The notes below the pieces were generated by a model that had not been told where the DNA came from, searched no databases, and worked only from the letters and a program-made list of their open reading frames with translations. Both the position numbers and the translations under genes were made by a program. Positions 10,598-20,226 of a stretch of 64,000 bases of DNA are shown in pieces; the first letter of the stretch is position 1, and every line of letters begins with the position of its first letter. Origin of the DNA: Schizochytrium sp. TIO01 (Eukaryota > Protista > Bigyra: Labyrinthulomycetes); assembly GCA_004764695.1 (NCBI GenBank), contig SMSO01000014.1:2041648-2105647 (forward strand), written 5' to 3'.

Positions 10598-11413
10598 TCA
10601 GGGTGATGGTGTAAAGGAGGCGGCAAGCTTCTTAATGAGGGAGTTGCCAGTGAAAATGGATGGTTCTTCAGGGGTAGAAGGCGGCGGGGTTGTCTCTGCA
10701 TCGTTTACCATAGCCTTGGCAAGCAAGCCTACATCAAGGCTGCTCATAATGTAGGCAAGGGCCTTTTCAGCAGCACGATCAGAGCCCTCACGAGCAAGGA
10801 GACCAGGGCGAAAAATTGAAACCCGTGAAAATCCTTGTTGCGTAATCGCACGCTCCTTGAGGCCCAAGCACTTGGTGTACCATAGCGGGTGAAACCATTT
10901 AGGTGCAAAACTGATGTCAGGGTTAGCTCCTCCAGCAGACACCACGGAGGCGTGTGAGATACCTGCTTCTTTGCTTGCCTTGGCGATATTCTCAGGAATG
11001 CCTACCTCAATGTCACGAAAAGCATCGGCACTTCCTGCAGCATCTCGGGTGGTTCCTGTAGCCACGAAAAGATGATCAAGACCTCGGATCTTGTCAACGT
11101 CGATTGCATCATTCTTCATGTCCTTGACGATAATAGTCTCGACTTTCTCGCTTTGAACACCAGGGTCGCGACGTGAGATCACAACGACACGGCTCCAGTC
11201 GCCGCGGTTGATCAGTTCTTGAAGAATCTTTGACCCTGTGGCACCTGTCGCGCCAACAAGCAGAGCAGATCTCCCCTGCCGCTGCACATGCTCTCTGAAC
11301 GAGGTCATCTTGCTCTCCTTCAAGCCTAGGGCGATCTCAAAGTCTTCCAACCTGCCCAACAACAACGCAAAGCACACCACCAAGGCAGCAGCCAGCACTA
11401 TGCCGCAGCGCAT
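10598..11413 (-). CDS. HTATIP2/TIP30(CC3)-like NAD(P)-binding atypical SDR oxidoreductase
   Basis: Rossmann motif ALLVGATGATG, then VISRR, TGTTR..AGS...F, VSAGGAN, Y...KE and RVSIFRPGLL.R. In-frame ATGs at 11413 (hydrophobic leader) and 11308. Confidence 0.88.
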   Translation of the reverse strand: MRCGIVLAAALVVCFALLLGRLEDFEIALGLKESKMTSFREHVQRQGRSALLVGATGATGSKILQELINRGDWSRVVVISRRDPGVQSEKVETIIVKDMKNDAIDVDKIRGLDHLFVATGTTRDAAGSADAFRDIEVGIPENIAKASKEAGISHASVVSAGGANPDISFAPKWFHPLWYTKCLGLKERAITQQGFSRVSIFRPGLLAREGSDRAAEKALAYIMSSLDVGLLAKAMVNDAETTPPPSTPEEPSIFTGNSLIKKLAASFTPSP

Positions 11414-13379
11414 TAAATCCAGGATTGCTTTGATACCTCTCTCCACACCAGCGTCAACACGGAACTTGCATTTCAGGTAGTAAGTAGTAAATAGTTCTAC
11501 TTACTATCTAGTAGTACAATCGCGAACAAGGAATAGAGAACAGAAATTTAGTGAAACAGAGGAAATGAGTTACGTAAGCATAGTATTTAACTACTAACGA
11601 GTGATATCAGCTTTTCATACAGAAGAATGTACGCCATTCACATGCATTTCGCACAGGTACATTGTAGTGTGGAGAGGCCTTCACAACGGATTGTGAAGAT
11701 TTCTCGTCATATTTGGGTGTTTCCGTATGTTGTTTGATGGGGTAAATACCAACCACATACACATTTGCACATTTCTAATTCTTTCGCCTCGCGTAAGCAA
11801 GAAAGTAACATGCCTACCACCATTTACGATTACCTTCTTTGGAGAAACCTGGACACCATGTTCTCTGGCAAAATCGCGGATATTTAAACACGTTGCCGGT
11901 GCCTAGAAAATTTTGAGCAACCAGTACAATCGTGTTTCTCATCATGGGCTGGTGTTCACTGCAGACTGTTACTTCTTGAAAACGGGAATATAAGATGTAA
12001 GAACAAAAGCTACCTAGGCTCGGAAAGATAAACCTTGCAACAGTCAACTTCAGAACGTTTCTTGAACTTTTGCATACGTGTCAGCATGATTTTTTTTCGT
12101 CGAAGTTTTAGTTCTCTATGTGTAGTATTTATTTCCGTACTTCAAGGGGTTGTCGCGATACCTAAGCGGAGGCTCACAAATTCGTACCATATCCATCTTA
12201 TCCCAAGAACACTATGGCGAAGTTTAACCCTGTAAGACCTAGAGAGATCAAGGCACCAAGCTTGCTGTTTTAATTTCGGAAATGAAGGTTATATCGAAAG
12301 AACCCAATATCTATTGATGCATCCAGGCTCTGAGTGGTGAAAATATTAAGAAGTTAACCTTTTTTCTGTTCTTGTTTACCCTCCACAAGCGTGCGAGAAG
12401 CTGACAGTATTCGCGTAAAGTCTTCAGTCGGCACGTGAAAGCAATAGGCTATCCGAATCTACATGCCTAAGACTTAGCAATAGGCCTCCAAGTACCAACT
12501 GGGTAATAAAATACAGGTGCGTCCGAAAAGGGAGTCAGCCTGGAAGTGAGGAAGGTGCAGTACTAAATTTCGATATTATAGACTTATGTACTACCTAACT
12601 ACTAGTAGTAGATCTACTACTACTCAGCGAATTGAATGAATTATAGTAATACAAAATAGCGAAAGCACTACTAGGTACTAGTAGGTGGTAGGTGCTTACT
12701 AATAAAGAGAATGGCTAATGAATGAAAGAAGAGACATCTTCTGCAGACCAGAATCACAGAATAATCGAGAGCACCAGGACGATGGCCAGTCAAGACGTAG
12801 TACGTGCGCTCCAGCAGCGCGTTGTAGAGATTGAGAGACAGTCTCTCGATAAGGATATGAACATTAAGCATCCTCTGCGCTAGGTATGCCGAACGCTCCC
12901 AGCCAAAGATTGTCACCAGGCCTGCCTGCCTGCTATGGCGGTTGGCTCCGGCTCGGAGCACCATCTATATGTCTCGGAAGGCCTCTGAAGGCGGCTATGC
13001 AACGATGCAAATGAGGATCTTCGCGGATGCGCATTACTTGGAGGGTCTTCAAGTAGTTGCAATCTGCAAGGAAACTCGCCATGAATGCCTCACATTGTTT
13101 GTACACCCAGAGACTCGGGAGAGTAAAACTGCTCCTGTCGGAGCTCCATTAAATTAATATGTGGACCGAGAAATCATGTACCGAGCTGATTAAGGGACTA
13201 TGGAGGAGCATTTTGTAAAGAGATATATCCGGCAATTAGGGGAGCTTGTCAAGGATGAGATTGCAATGAAGACTAACAGACGTTGTCACTGCTGCTGACT
13301 TTATTTTGTGACACATTTTGTAACGATGGGATGTTGATGATTTGGGGCGCTCTTATAATTTTGACGGCAACATTGTTTG

Positions 13380-14651
13380 ATGGGCTCACAGAAACATGTT
13401 AACTTAACCTCAGACAAACGTGAGGCTCTTACTAAGGAGCGCGCTGAGGAGCTCTTGAAGGATGCCGACCGTGAAGCTGTGGCCATCACACTAGGCACCA
13501 AGAGTTTTGGAAAGGATGCCTCCGCAGTTGCTGCCGAGATCTTGCGTGAGATGAAGCAGCTTGTGCACGCTGATATGGCTGATATTATTGCCGGCCGTCC
13601 AGAAGCTGAGGCCCTTGAGGTCCTGAAAGAGATGTGTGGCGCCTTGCCAGCTACTCAGATCCGCACTCTTGACTTGTCAGAGAACGCTCTTGGCGAGAAG
13701 GGTATTCGTGCCTTGAGTGATGTGCTGAAGGCCATGGAGTCCTTGGAAGAGATTAAGTTTATGAACGATGGTCTCTCTGAACTCTCCATTGAGTTGCTCC
13801 GCGATTGCCTTCCCACCAAGAATCTGCGTACTCTTCAATTTCACAACAACATGTCCGGCCCGGGTGGCGCTCGCGCAGCTAGCGAGATCATCTCCGCGTG
13901 CCCTGTTCTCGAAGACTTTAGGATGTCATCGAGCCGTGTTCGCCCTGATGGTGGTCTTCCGCTCATCAAGGCTCTCGTCGCTCTCGGCCCCCAGCTGAAG
14001 CGTGTGAACCTTTCTGATTCCATGTTTGATAGCGACTGCACTGAAGCTCTTGTTGAGGGTCTTCCGACTATGAACGAGGTCACAGATCTTATTCTTCGTG
14101 ATACTGGTATTGACAAGGACGCTCTTTTGGATGCTCTGGAAGACCCCGAGGTGCTTCCTAAGTTGGCAGTTCTTGACATTAGTGGTTTGGAATTGGACGC
14201 GGAGAGTGCAGAGAAGGTTGCCACCATTGTGAAGTCCCGCACTGGTCTGCGTATGCTGTGGATGGATGACAATGAGCTGGAGTCCGAGGGCGCTGAGGTC
14301 TTTGCTGAGAACGCTTCTCCGTGTATGTTGGAGATGCTTTCCGTGCAGACCAACCAGATTGGACAACGTGGAGCTGTGGCTCTCGCCCGTTTTGCGCTTC
14401 GCACATCAACCCTGAAGAAGCTCGAGCTTAATGATAACACGATCTCCGAGGTTGGTGTCTCCAAGGTAGAGTCCATGCTCGAGAAGAAGGGACGTAGCTC
14501 CGTGCTTGGAAGCCTTGACGAAAACGTGGACGACGCTGATGAAGACGAGCCCCTCGATGACGAGGAGGAAGAGGAGCTCGAGGATGCCGAGGATGCGGCA
14601 GAGGTTGACGACCTTGCTGATGCTATGGGCAAGGGATTGTCATTGAACTAA
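13380..14651 (+). CDS. RANGAP1: Ran GTPase-activating protein (LRR repeats plus acidic tail)
   Basis: DIIAGRPEAEALEVL, LDLSENALGEKG, LQFHNNMSGPGGA and further RNI-type LRRs, followed by a D/E-rich tail and an NES-like C-terminus LADAMGKGLSL. Confidence 0.93.
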   Translation: MGSQKHVNLTSDKREALTKERAEELLKDADREAVAITLGTKSFGKDASAVAAEILREMKQLVHADMADIIAGRPEAEALEVLKEMCGALPATQIRTLDLSENALGEKGIRALSDVLKAMESLEEIKFMNDGLSELSIELLRDCLPTKNLRTLQFHNNMSGPGGARAASEIISACPVLEDFRMSSSRVRPDGGLPLIKALVALGPQLKRVNLSDSMFDSDCTEALVEGLPTMNEVTDLILRDTGIDKDALLDALEDPEVLPKLAVLDISGLELDAESAEKVATIVKSRTGLRMLWMDDNELESEGAEVFAENASPCMLEMLSVQTNQIGQRGAVALARFALRTSTLKKLELNDNTISEVGVSKVESMLEKKGRSSVLGSLDENVDDADEDEPLDDEEEEELEDAEDAAEVDDLADAMGKGLSLN

Positions 14652-15079
14652 AATAAACACAGAGAAACCAAATTAATCAATATGAAATGCACGAATACTA
14701 CTTAAGCTCTTTCTTTATTTGTTGCCCAAAGAAGTGTCGTTTTGCCATTTAAGAGATGGATGTGTCGTCGATTCTTTATCTCTTTATCTTACTGTGTTTT
14801 TATCCCACTCTGTTATGGCTAGTAAGTTGAAGATTGTTGTGTGTGAAGGTTTGGAAGTGACTTCTTCTAATTTGCGCATACAAATAAGCGTTTTCCCTTG
14901 TACATAATATTGAAAGTCATACACGGCGCATTCAAATCAAATTTTAACTTCCTCCCGTCAACCAAAACCAATTGCTCTGTATTGCAACATTTCTGTAACT
15001 ATTGAAAACACGCATTCCGAATAAAAGTGCAGATGCGCGAAAGAGAGCATCATAATGGCATCATCACCTGCAAAAGCAA

Positions 15080-15531
15080 TCAGCATTTATAGCATAAACA
15101 AGACACATTCTGGTAGTGCACATGTATGAGCTGTCTTGCCTGATGAACAACATCAAAGCCAAAGCCTTCACCAATAATCACATGCCAGGGTCCACCAAAT
15201 TTTTTGTCCATGTTTGCTTTGATCAGAGATGCTGCAGACTGTATTCGATAGATCACATCCGAGGTAAATTGTGAAAATTAGTTTGCTGTCATTGGCCTCT
15301 TCCGGCCGTGTCTGATGGCTATTTAAGAGTTGGTTGAATTGAAAAACTTACTTCATATTCGTGAGAGGAAAGGTATTTATCAAGAGCCATCACAATGACA
15401 TCTCTGGACTCAGTTTCCATCTCTAGAACCATATCACAAGACTTGATTTGTGGAGTTTGCCTAAACTTCGACCAGCCCTCCATCTTGTACACTGGTTTAT
15501 CAAGAATCGCATTCGCTGGTGCAGCCGCCAT
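15080..15531 (-). CDS. DNAL4: Dynein light chain 4-like (LC8 family), two exons: 15531-15352 and 15238-15080, 112 aa
   Basis: Exon 1 ends ...SHEYE at a GTAAGT donor (15351). A 113-nt phase-0 intron ends TACAG (15239). Exon 2 reads SAASLIKANMDKKFGGPWHVIIGEGFGFDVVHQARQLIHVHYQNVSCLCYKC*, carrying the MDKKFG..WHV..GEGFGF signature. Confidence 0.88.
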
Positions 15532-16076
15532 GGTTCTTAGTCGCTTTTTTCTTCTTCGCGTTTGTCGATCAACTAATCTATATTCTCTCCAAACAGGCCA
15601 AACTACTGCCTACTTGCTCCAGAACTCCCGGTTATATGTGAATTGTACAATAGATACAGCCCTCGTCAGTTTCGACGCTGAAGAGTGATTTTACCGCGCA
15701 AGCTCACTCGTGTAGGCCTCTTGAAGTTCAAGGTTCTGGCCTCACCCATCTGGGCTCAACGGCCTCTTGATTGTTATTGTAAACATGTTTGTTTACAATG
15801 TAAATGGGTTGTGCAAACTAAAAATTAAAAAAAGGAAAAGATCTATAATGGATAGATAGCCTGAGATACAATGGGAGGAAAAAGGCTCCGACAAGGGCGC
15901 GAAAAAGATGAGTGAAGCGCTCAGGAAGGTCTTCGGCAGACCGGATTAAGCTCTAGACTGCAGATACCAGTTGGTGTTTGGGACGGAGCTGTAATACACT
16001 AGACGCGAGATTAGACTTTGCGAAGCCTCAATAGCGCAGGCGTGACAGTGGTAAAGGTCGGCGTTTCAGTCTGTGG

Positions 16077-16979
16077 ATGCGAGGGATAGGAATTGCGTGG
16101 TGGCTCGTGGTGTTCTTTGTTGCAAGTTTGATTTCTATTACTCAAAGCGAAACTACAGAAGTTTGCGTGGAAGAAAAGGCCCAAGGATCTTTGGAGGATA
16201 ACACTCAAACAAAGGCTAAAATGACAAGCAACATTCTCAAATTCTCTAACAAGGACGACCTTAGCGCTGCTGTCGGAGAGCACGTTCTTCGCGTTGTCAA
16301 GGAGAGCGCTGACAAGGATAAATTTCTTGTGGCGCTTTCAGGTGGTTCTTTGCCCACTCTTCTCGCTGCTGGTCTCCTTGAGCACCAAGACGAGATTGAC
16401 TTCTCCAAGTGGCACATCTTCTTTGCCGATGAGCGTCTTGTGCCTCACGATGACCCCGAAAGTAACCTGTTGGCTTGCAAGAACGAATTCCTGGCCAAGA
16501 TCCCGGGTGTCAATGCTGACCAGGTTTATGGCATTGATTACGAAGTTTCGGTTGAGGAGGCTGCTAAGAAGTACCAGACTGTTCTTGAGACCGTCTCTGG
16601 CGTAAGTGCTGCTTCTGGTGCCCCTCCCCCGAGCTTCGACCTGATTCTCCTTGGTATGGGTCCTGATGGCCACACATGCAGTCTCTTCCCTGGTCACCCT
16701 CTCCTTCAGGAGACCGAGTCGTGGGTTGCCCCCATTGAGGACTCCCCTAAGCCGCCCCCTAAGCGCATCACCCTGACTTACCCGGTCCTAAATGTTGCTG
16801 AGAACGTATTCTTCTTGGCTGCTGGCAAGAGTAAGGAGGACGTTATTCCTCTTACTGCTGGTCTCACCTCCGAGGGTCTTGTCGAACTAGGCGAGGCAGC
16901 CTTGCCTGCTGCGCGTGTTCGTCCTACCTCTGGCAAACTTCTCTGGTTCATTGACGACGAGGCTGGCGCTAAGCTGTAA
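16077..16979 (+). CDS. PGLS: 6-phosphogluconolactonase
   Basis: VALSGGSLP, WHIFFADERLVP.DDPESN, FDLILLGMGPDGHTCSLFPGH, DSPKPPPKRITLT. In-frame ATGs at 16077 and 16221. Confidence 0.96.
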   Translation: MRGIGIAWWLVVFFVASLISITQSETTEVCVEEKAQGSLEDNTQTKAKMTSNILKFSNKDDLSAAVGEHVLRVVKESADKDKFLVALSGGSLPTLLAAGLLEHQDEIDFSKWHIFFADERLVPHDDPESNLLACKNEFLAKIPGVNADQVYGIDYEVSVEEAAKKYQTVLETVSGVSAASGAPPPSFDLILLGMGPDGHTCSLFPGHPLLQETESWVAPIEDSPKPPPKRITLTYPVLNVAENVFFLAAGKSKEDVIPLTAGLTSEGLVELGEAALPAARVRPTSGKLLWFIDDEAGAKL

Positions 16980-18285
16980 TAAAAATAATTTAGATTTAAA
17001 GAAGATATTTCTTTCGTATTTCCCATCTATAGCAATCGCAATAGAGTTTTAAAGGTGCTATACACTAGCCCATCCCGATTGGCCCAGTCAAACGAGTGTT
17101 AATATAACCTCGATTTGAAAATCAAGAACTCACTCCAAGGTTTGAAGAAACATCTATTTTATTTTATGAACCTGTAGTTAAGTTTGTTTTTCGCAAACAT
17201 TGAGACAAAAAAGTCAAGTGCGAGATTCCCTTGCTAAAGGTAGAATCATATTTTGATTCATGACTGTTTTCGACACAAAGACTAACAAGTTGCAAATCAT
17301 GATGCTGAGGATAGCCAATGAGTCAATGGATGTTGCCAACAGTGAAAAAACGGGTATGAAAGCAAGGCCATGACTTGCCTCCAAGATGAAACTCGCAGGT
17401 CATGCAATTTGAATCCATAATATTAAAGTCCTTTTAAAGAGCTGAACCACCAAAAATTCAATAATTGATACCTTTGTTCTCTTCTTGAAAAACTTAGCAG
17501 ACCTGCTATGCATACTGTGCGACATCTTCTCATGGTTACAAGTATTTCTAAAAATCTAAATGGATGCCAACATTGCTTCCTTTGTGATCAATTGCCAATG
17601 TATACCTACCTACTTACCTGCCTACCTCTCTACTAGTAGTTTTACATAGCGCATGCATTACAAAAGACAGTGCAAGAAATAAAAAAAATGAAGTCCACAG
17701 GGTCAAGCGTGCTGTTCTCCGTGCAGTCTATACATGCATTGTGGAGACAGATGATTAGCAGCAAACAGCACTGCAACGTAAACTTAAATGGCGAGCTTGC
17801 TCAGGGCCGCCGACGGGTCAGGAGTTGGACTTGAGAGTACACACCCCCGTGCACCTGTCGTTCTTCATTTACTGCACGTGCTCATAGTAATAGATAGGGT
17901 TTTTTGGGGCAATAGGGATGTGTTTAAACAGCTGCGTGAAGAATGGAACTCGCCTGTAATTTGGGGGATCTGTACATGGGAAGTTGTAAAGAGTCAGAAA
18001 ATTGTTGTGAATAAATATAAAATGCAATTTGTAACGTGTGCGCGTGTTGGACGAGACGAAAACTGCTCGGTTAGGCTCGACGATAAGCGCGCATATCAGA
18101 GGGACGGTATTGGTGATCAGTCAGTCAGTGCGTTGATGAGAGTCTTCTTGTTCGTCTTCGCGAATGTGATCATGAGAGGCTACTTGAAGCTTGTTGGTTT
18201 GGTTGCTAGGTTTGTGTGTTCTATGCGATAAATTGGCGAGGGAAAACAAATGTTTGTTTTGCCATCTGCATGTGGTGCTATGAAA

Positions 18286-18675
18286 TTATCGCAAGAAGCC
18301 GAAGCGTTTGCACTCTGCCAAGATCATACGGGTGCTCACTTCCCCTTTCATAAGGTTGTGATAAATTGATCGAACCAGCGCGAGCCGGGTCCTACCTTCA
18401 GATTCAGGTTTACCTTCCCGCACGCAAGCGCGAATAATGGCCTCAGTACTCTGCATCGGGTTGGAATCCTTTTCCTTCTCCTCTTCTTCCTCTTCATCCT
18501 CCTCGCCCTTCTTGATGAGGCTCTTCTTGGGAATCATTAGGATACGCTTTCCATCGTGCACAAGGGCATCGCCCCGCTTGTTCACATGGATGACCGAGAC
18601 GGACTTCCGCAGACTACCCTGAATGAGGGTTGCACGCTTCTCGTCTTCCTCGAGTTGCAAGGCAAAGACAGCCAT
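18286..18675 (-). CDS. Small hypothetical protein (129 aa) with an acidic linker
   Basis: ATG in an accatcATGg context like other genes here, GC3-biased codons, a beta-like N half, a poly-Glu linker and a helical C half. No family recognised. Confidence 0.55.
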   Translation of the reverse strand: MAVFALQLEEDEKRATLIQGSLRKSVSVIHVNKRGDALVHDGKRILMIPKKSLIKKGEEDEEEEEEKEKDSNPMQSTEAIIRACVREGKPESEGRTRLALVRSIYHNLMKGEVSTRMILAECKRFGFLR

Positions 18676-20188
18676 GATGGTTGTGTATTTGTTGTACTTG
18701 AATCACAAGAAACCTAGTTTCAGATTTGCTTGCTTGCTTGAATCAAAGACGGTACTGTACTGACCGCCACAGAGAAGGTCTATCTGTACAGCTAGGTATC
18801 CAGCTAATACAGTGCACGCACTTTCAATTACCCGCCTTTTGGTGTGTATGGGAGGTCCTCTAGGTGCGTGTTTACACCTCTGGCTCAAGAGATCTTCTAT
18901 AAGGTGCCTGCGATGAGCGAGGCGATTGAGTTCTATAGATGATTGATTTAGAATTGTACTGTGGAAGTACAATTTGCAGGTATGTACGGCAGAGGGGAGC
19001 GAGTGTGTGTGTGCTCACTACTTTTCCTTAATACTCCACGAAGTTCTGAAGACTATGTCCTAGCGAAGTAGGTGAGACGCGACAGATGTCGCTGCTGTTG
19101 CCCTGGTCGAGTCTGCCTGACCGCCTTAGCTTGTTTGCTTGGGATGCGCAGTCAGGAAGAGGCGCGATAAAGCTAGAAGTAAACGAAGAGAAAAGAAAGA
19201 AGATGATGGCGCCACGCCTCCTTCAATCTCAAGTCTAGCTGAGTGTTTCTTTCGAGCGAGGGAGCCGCTGTTATTCACGAACTGCTGCTGCTGCTGCTGC
19301 GGATGCTTCCTGTCTTAGCGATAGTTTCTCTGCTGTGATGCTTTGATGCCGCTGTGCAAGCAGACGTGCTCTAGGTCCTTTGGGGACGAGGGTTACCGCT
19401 TTGCCTGCGACGTCGAGGCGGTCTCTTCTTCATTCATTTATTTGGCTTGTTCTTTTACTTTTATTTTCATCATTTGTCAATTCATTCAGAGATTCATTCT
19501 CTCTTCCTTTTCCTTTCAATTCATTTTTTAATTTACTTTTTTCGGGAAGTAGGAGGCAGACGTAGTAGGTTCTCCTATGCAAGTAGACTAAGAGAAGGCT
19601 TGAAAAGAAAAAGAGCGGCTGAACAAGTTCCTTCTCTACTCTCACCTCCTCCGTCTCTTTTAGGTGCCTGCTTATACTCGTATTAAAACCTGAGATGCAC
19701 ACCGTAGGAAGCGAAAAGAAAATTGATATAATTAAAAAAACTAATTTGGAAAAAGAAGACCTCTACGTACCATTTAGGTAGAACAGAGAATTTCTGCACG
19801 GGACGGTTTCATACGGGATAGAGCAGCGGGTCTCTTTCTCCCTTTCACACTATCGTTCCATACCTACTACTTACTTACTGGGCATGACCTTTGATTAATT
19901 GGCCGCCAGGCTAGCTTTTCTTTTCCTTTATTCTTTATTATTTTTTATTTACTATAAAAATATAATAAAACGATTTTCAAAACAGCCTAATCGTATGATA
20001 AAAAGCAAACAGAAAAATAAGCTATGGGTTTCTTGTCTTATGAGCTTTCAAGAAAGAAATAGCCTGTCAGTGAGAAAAGATCATCTCAGAGATCTCTCTC
20101 TGTCTGTCAGTCTGTCTGTCTCTGTCTGTCAGCTGTCTGTCTGTTTTTTTTAAATAATAGGCGCTGCTTGCCCCAAAAAAGAAAAGAG

Positions 20189-20192
<4 letters not shown>

Positions 20193-20220
<28 letters not shown>
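20193..20220. repeat. (AG)14 microsatellite, next to (TCTG)n at about 20098-20143
   Basis: Read directly from the sequence. Confidence 0.95.

Positions 20221-20226
<6 letters not shown>

Noticed and set aside
12782-13290. Short coiled-coil-like ORF MASQDVVRALQQRVVEIERQ and nearby fragments upstream of RanGAP
   Set aside because: Stops after 33 codons, and no consistent spliced or frameshifted model could be built.
13841-14632. Long antisense or alternative-frame ORFs over RanGAP, and likewise over SCCPDH, RPT3, the M16 peptidase and others
   Set aside because: Shadow ORFs caused by codon bias of the real genes; no recognisable motifs.
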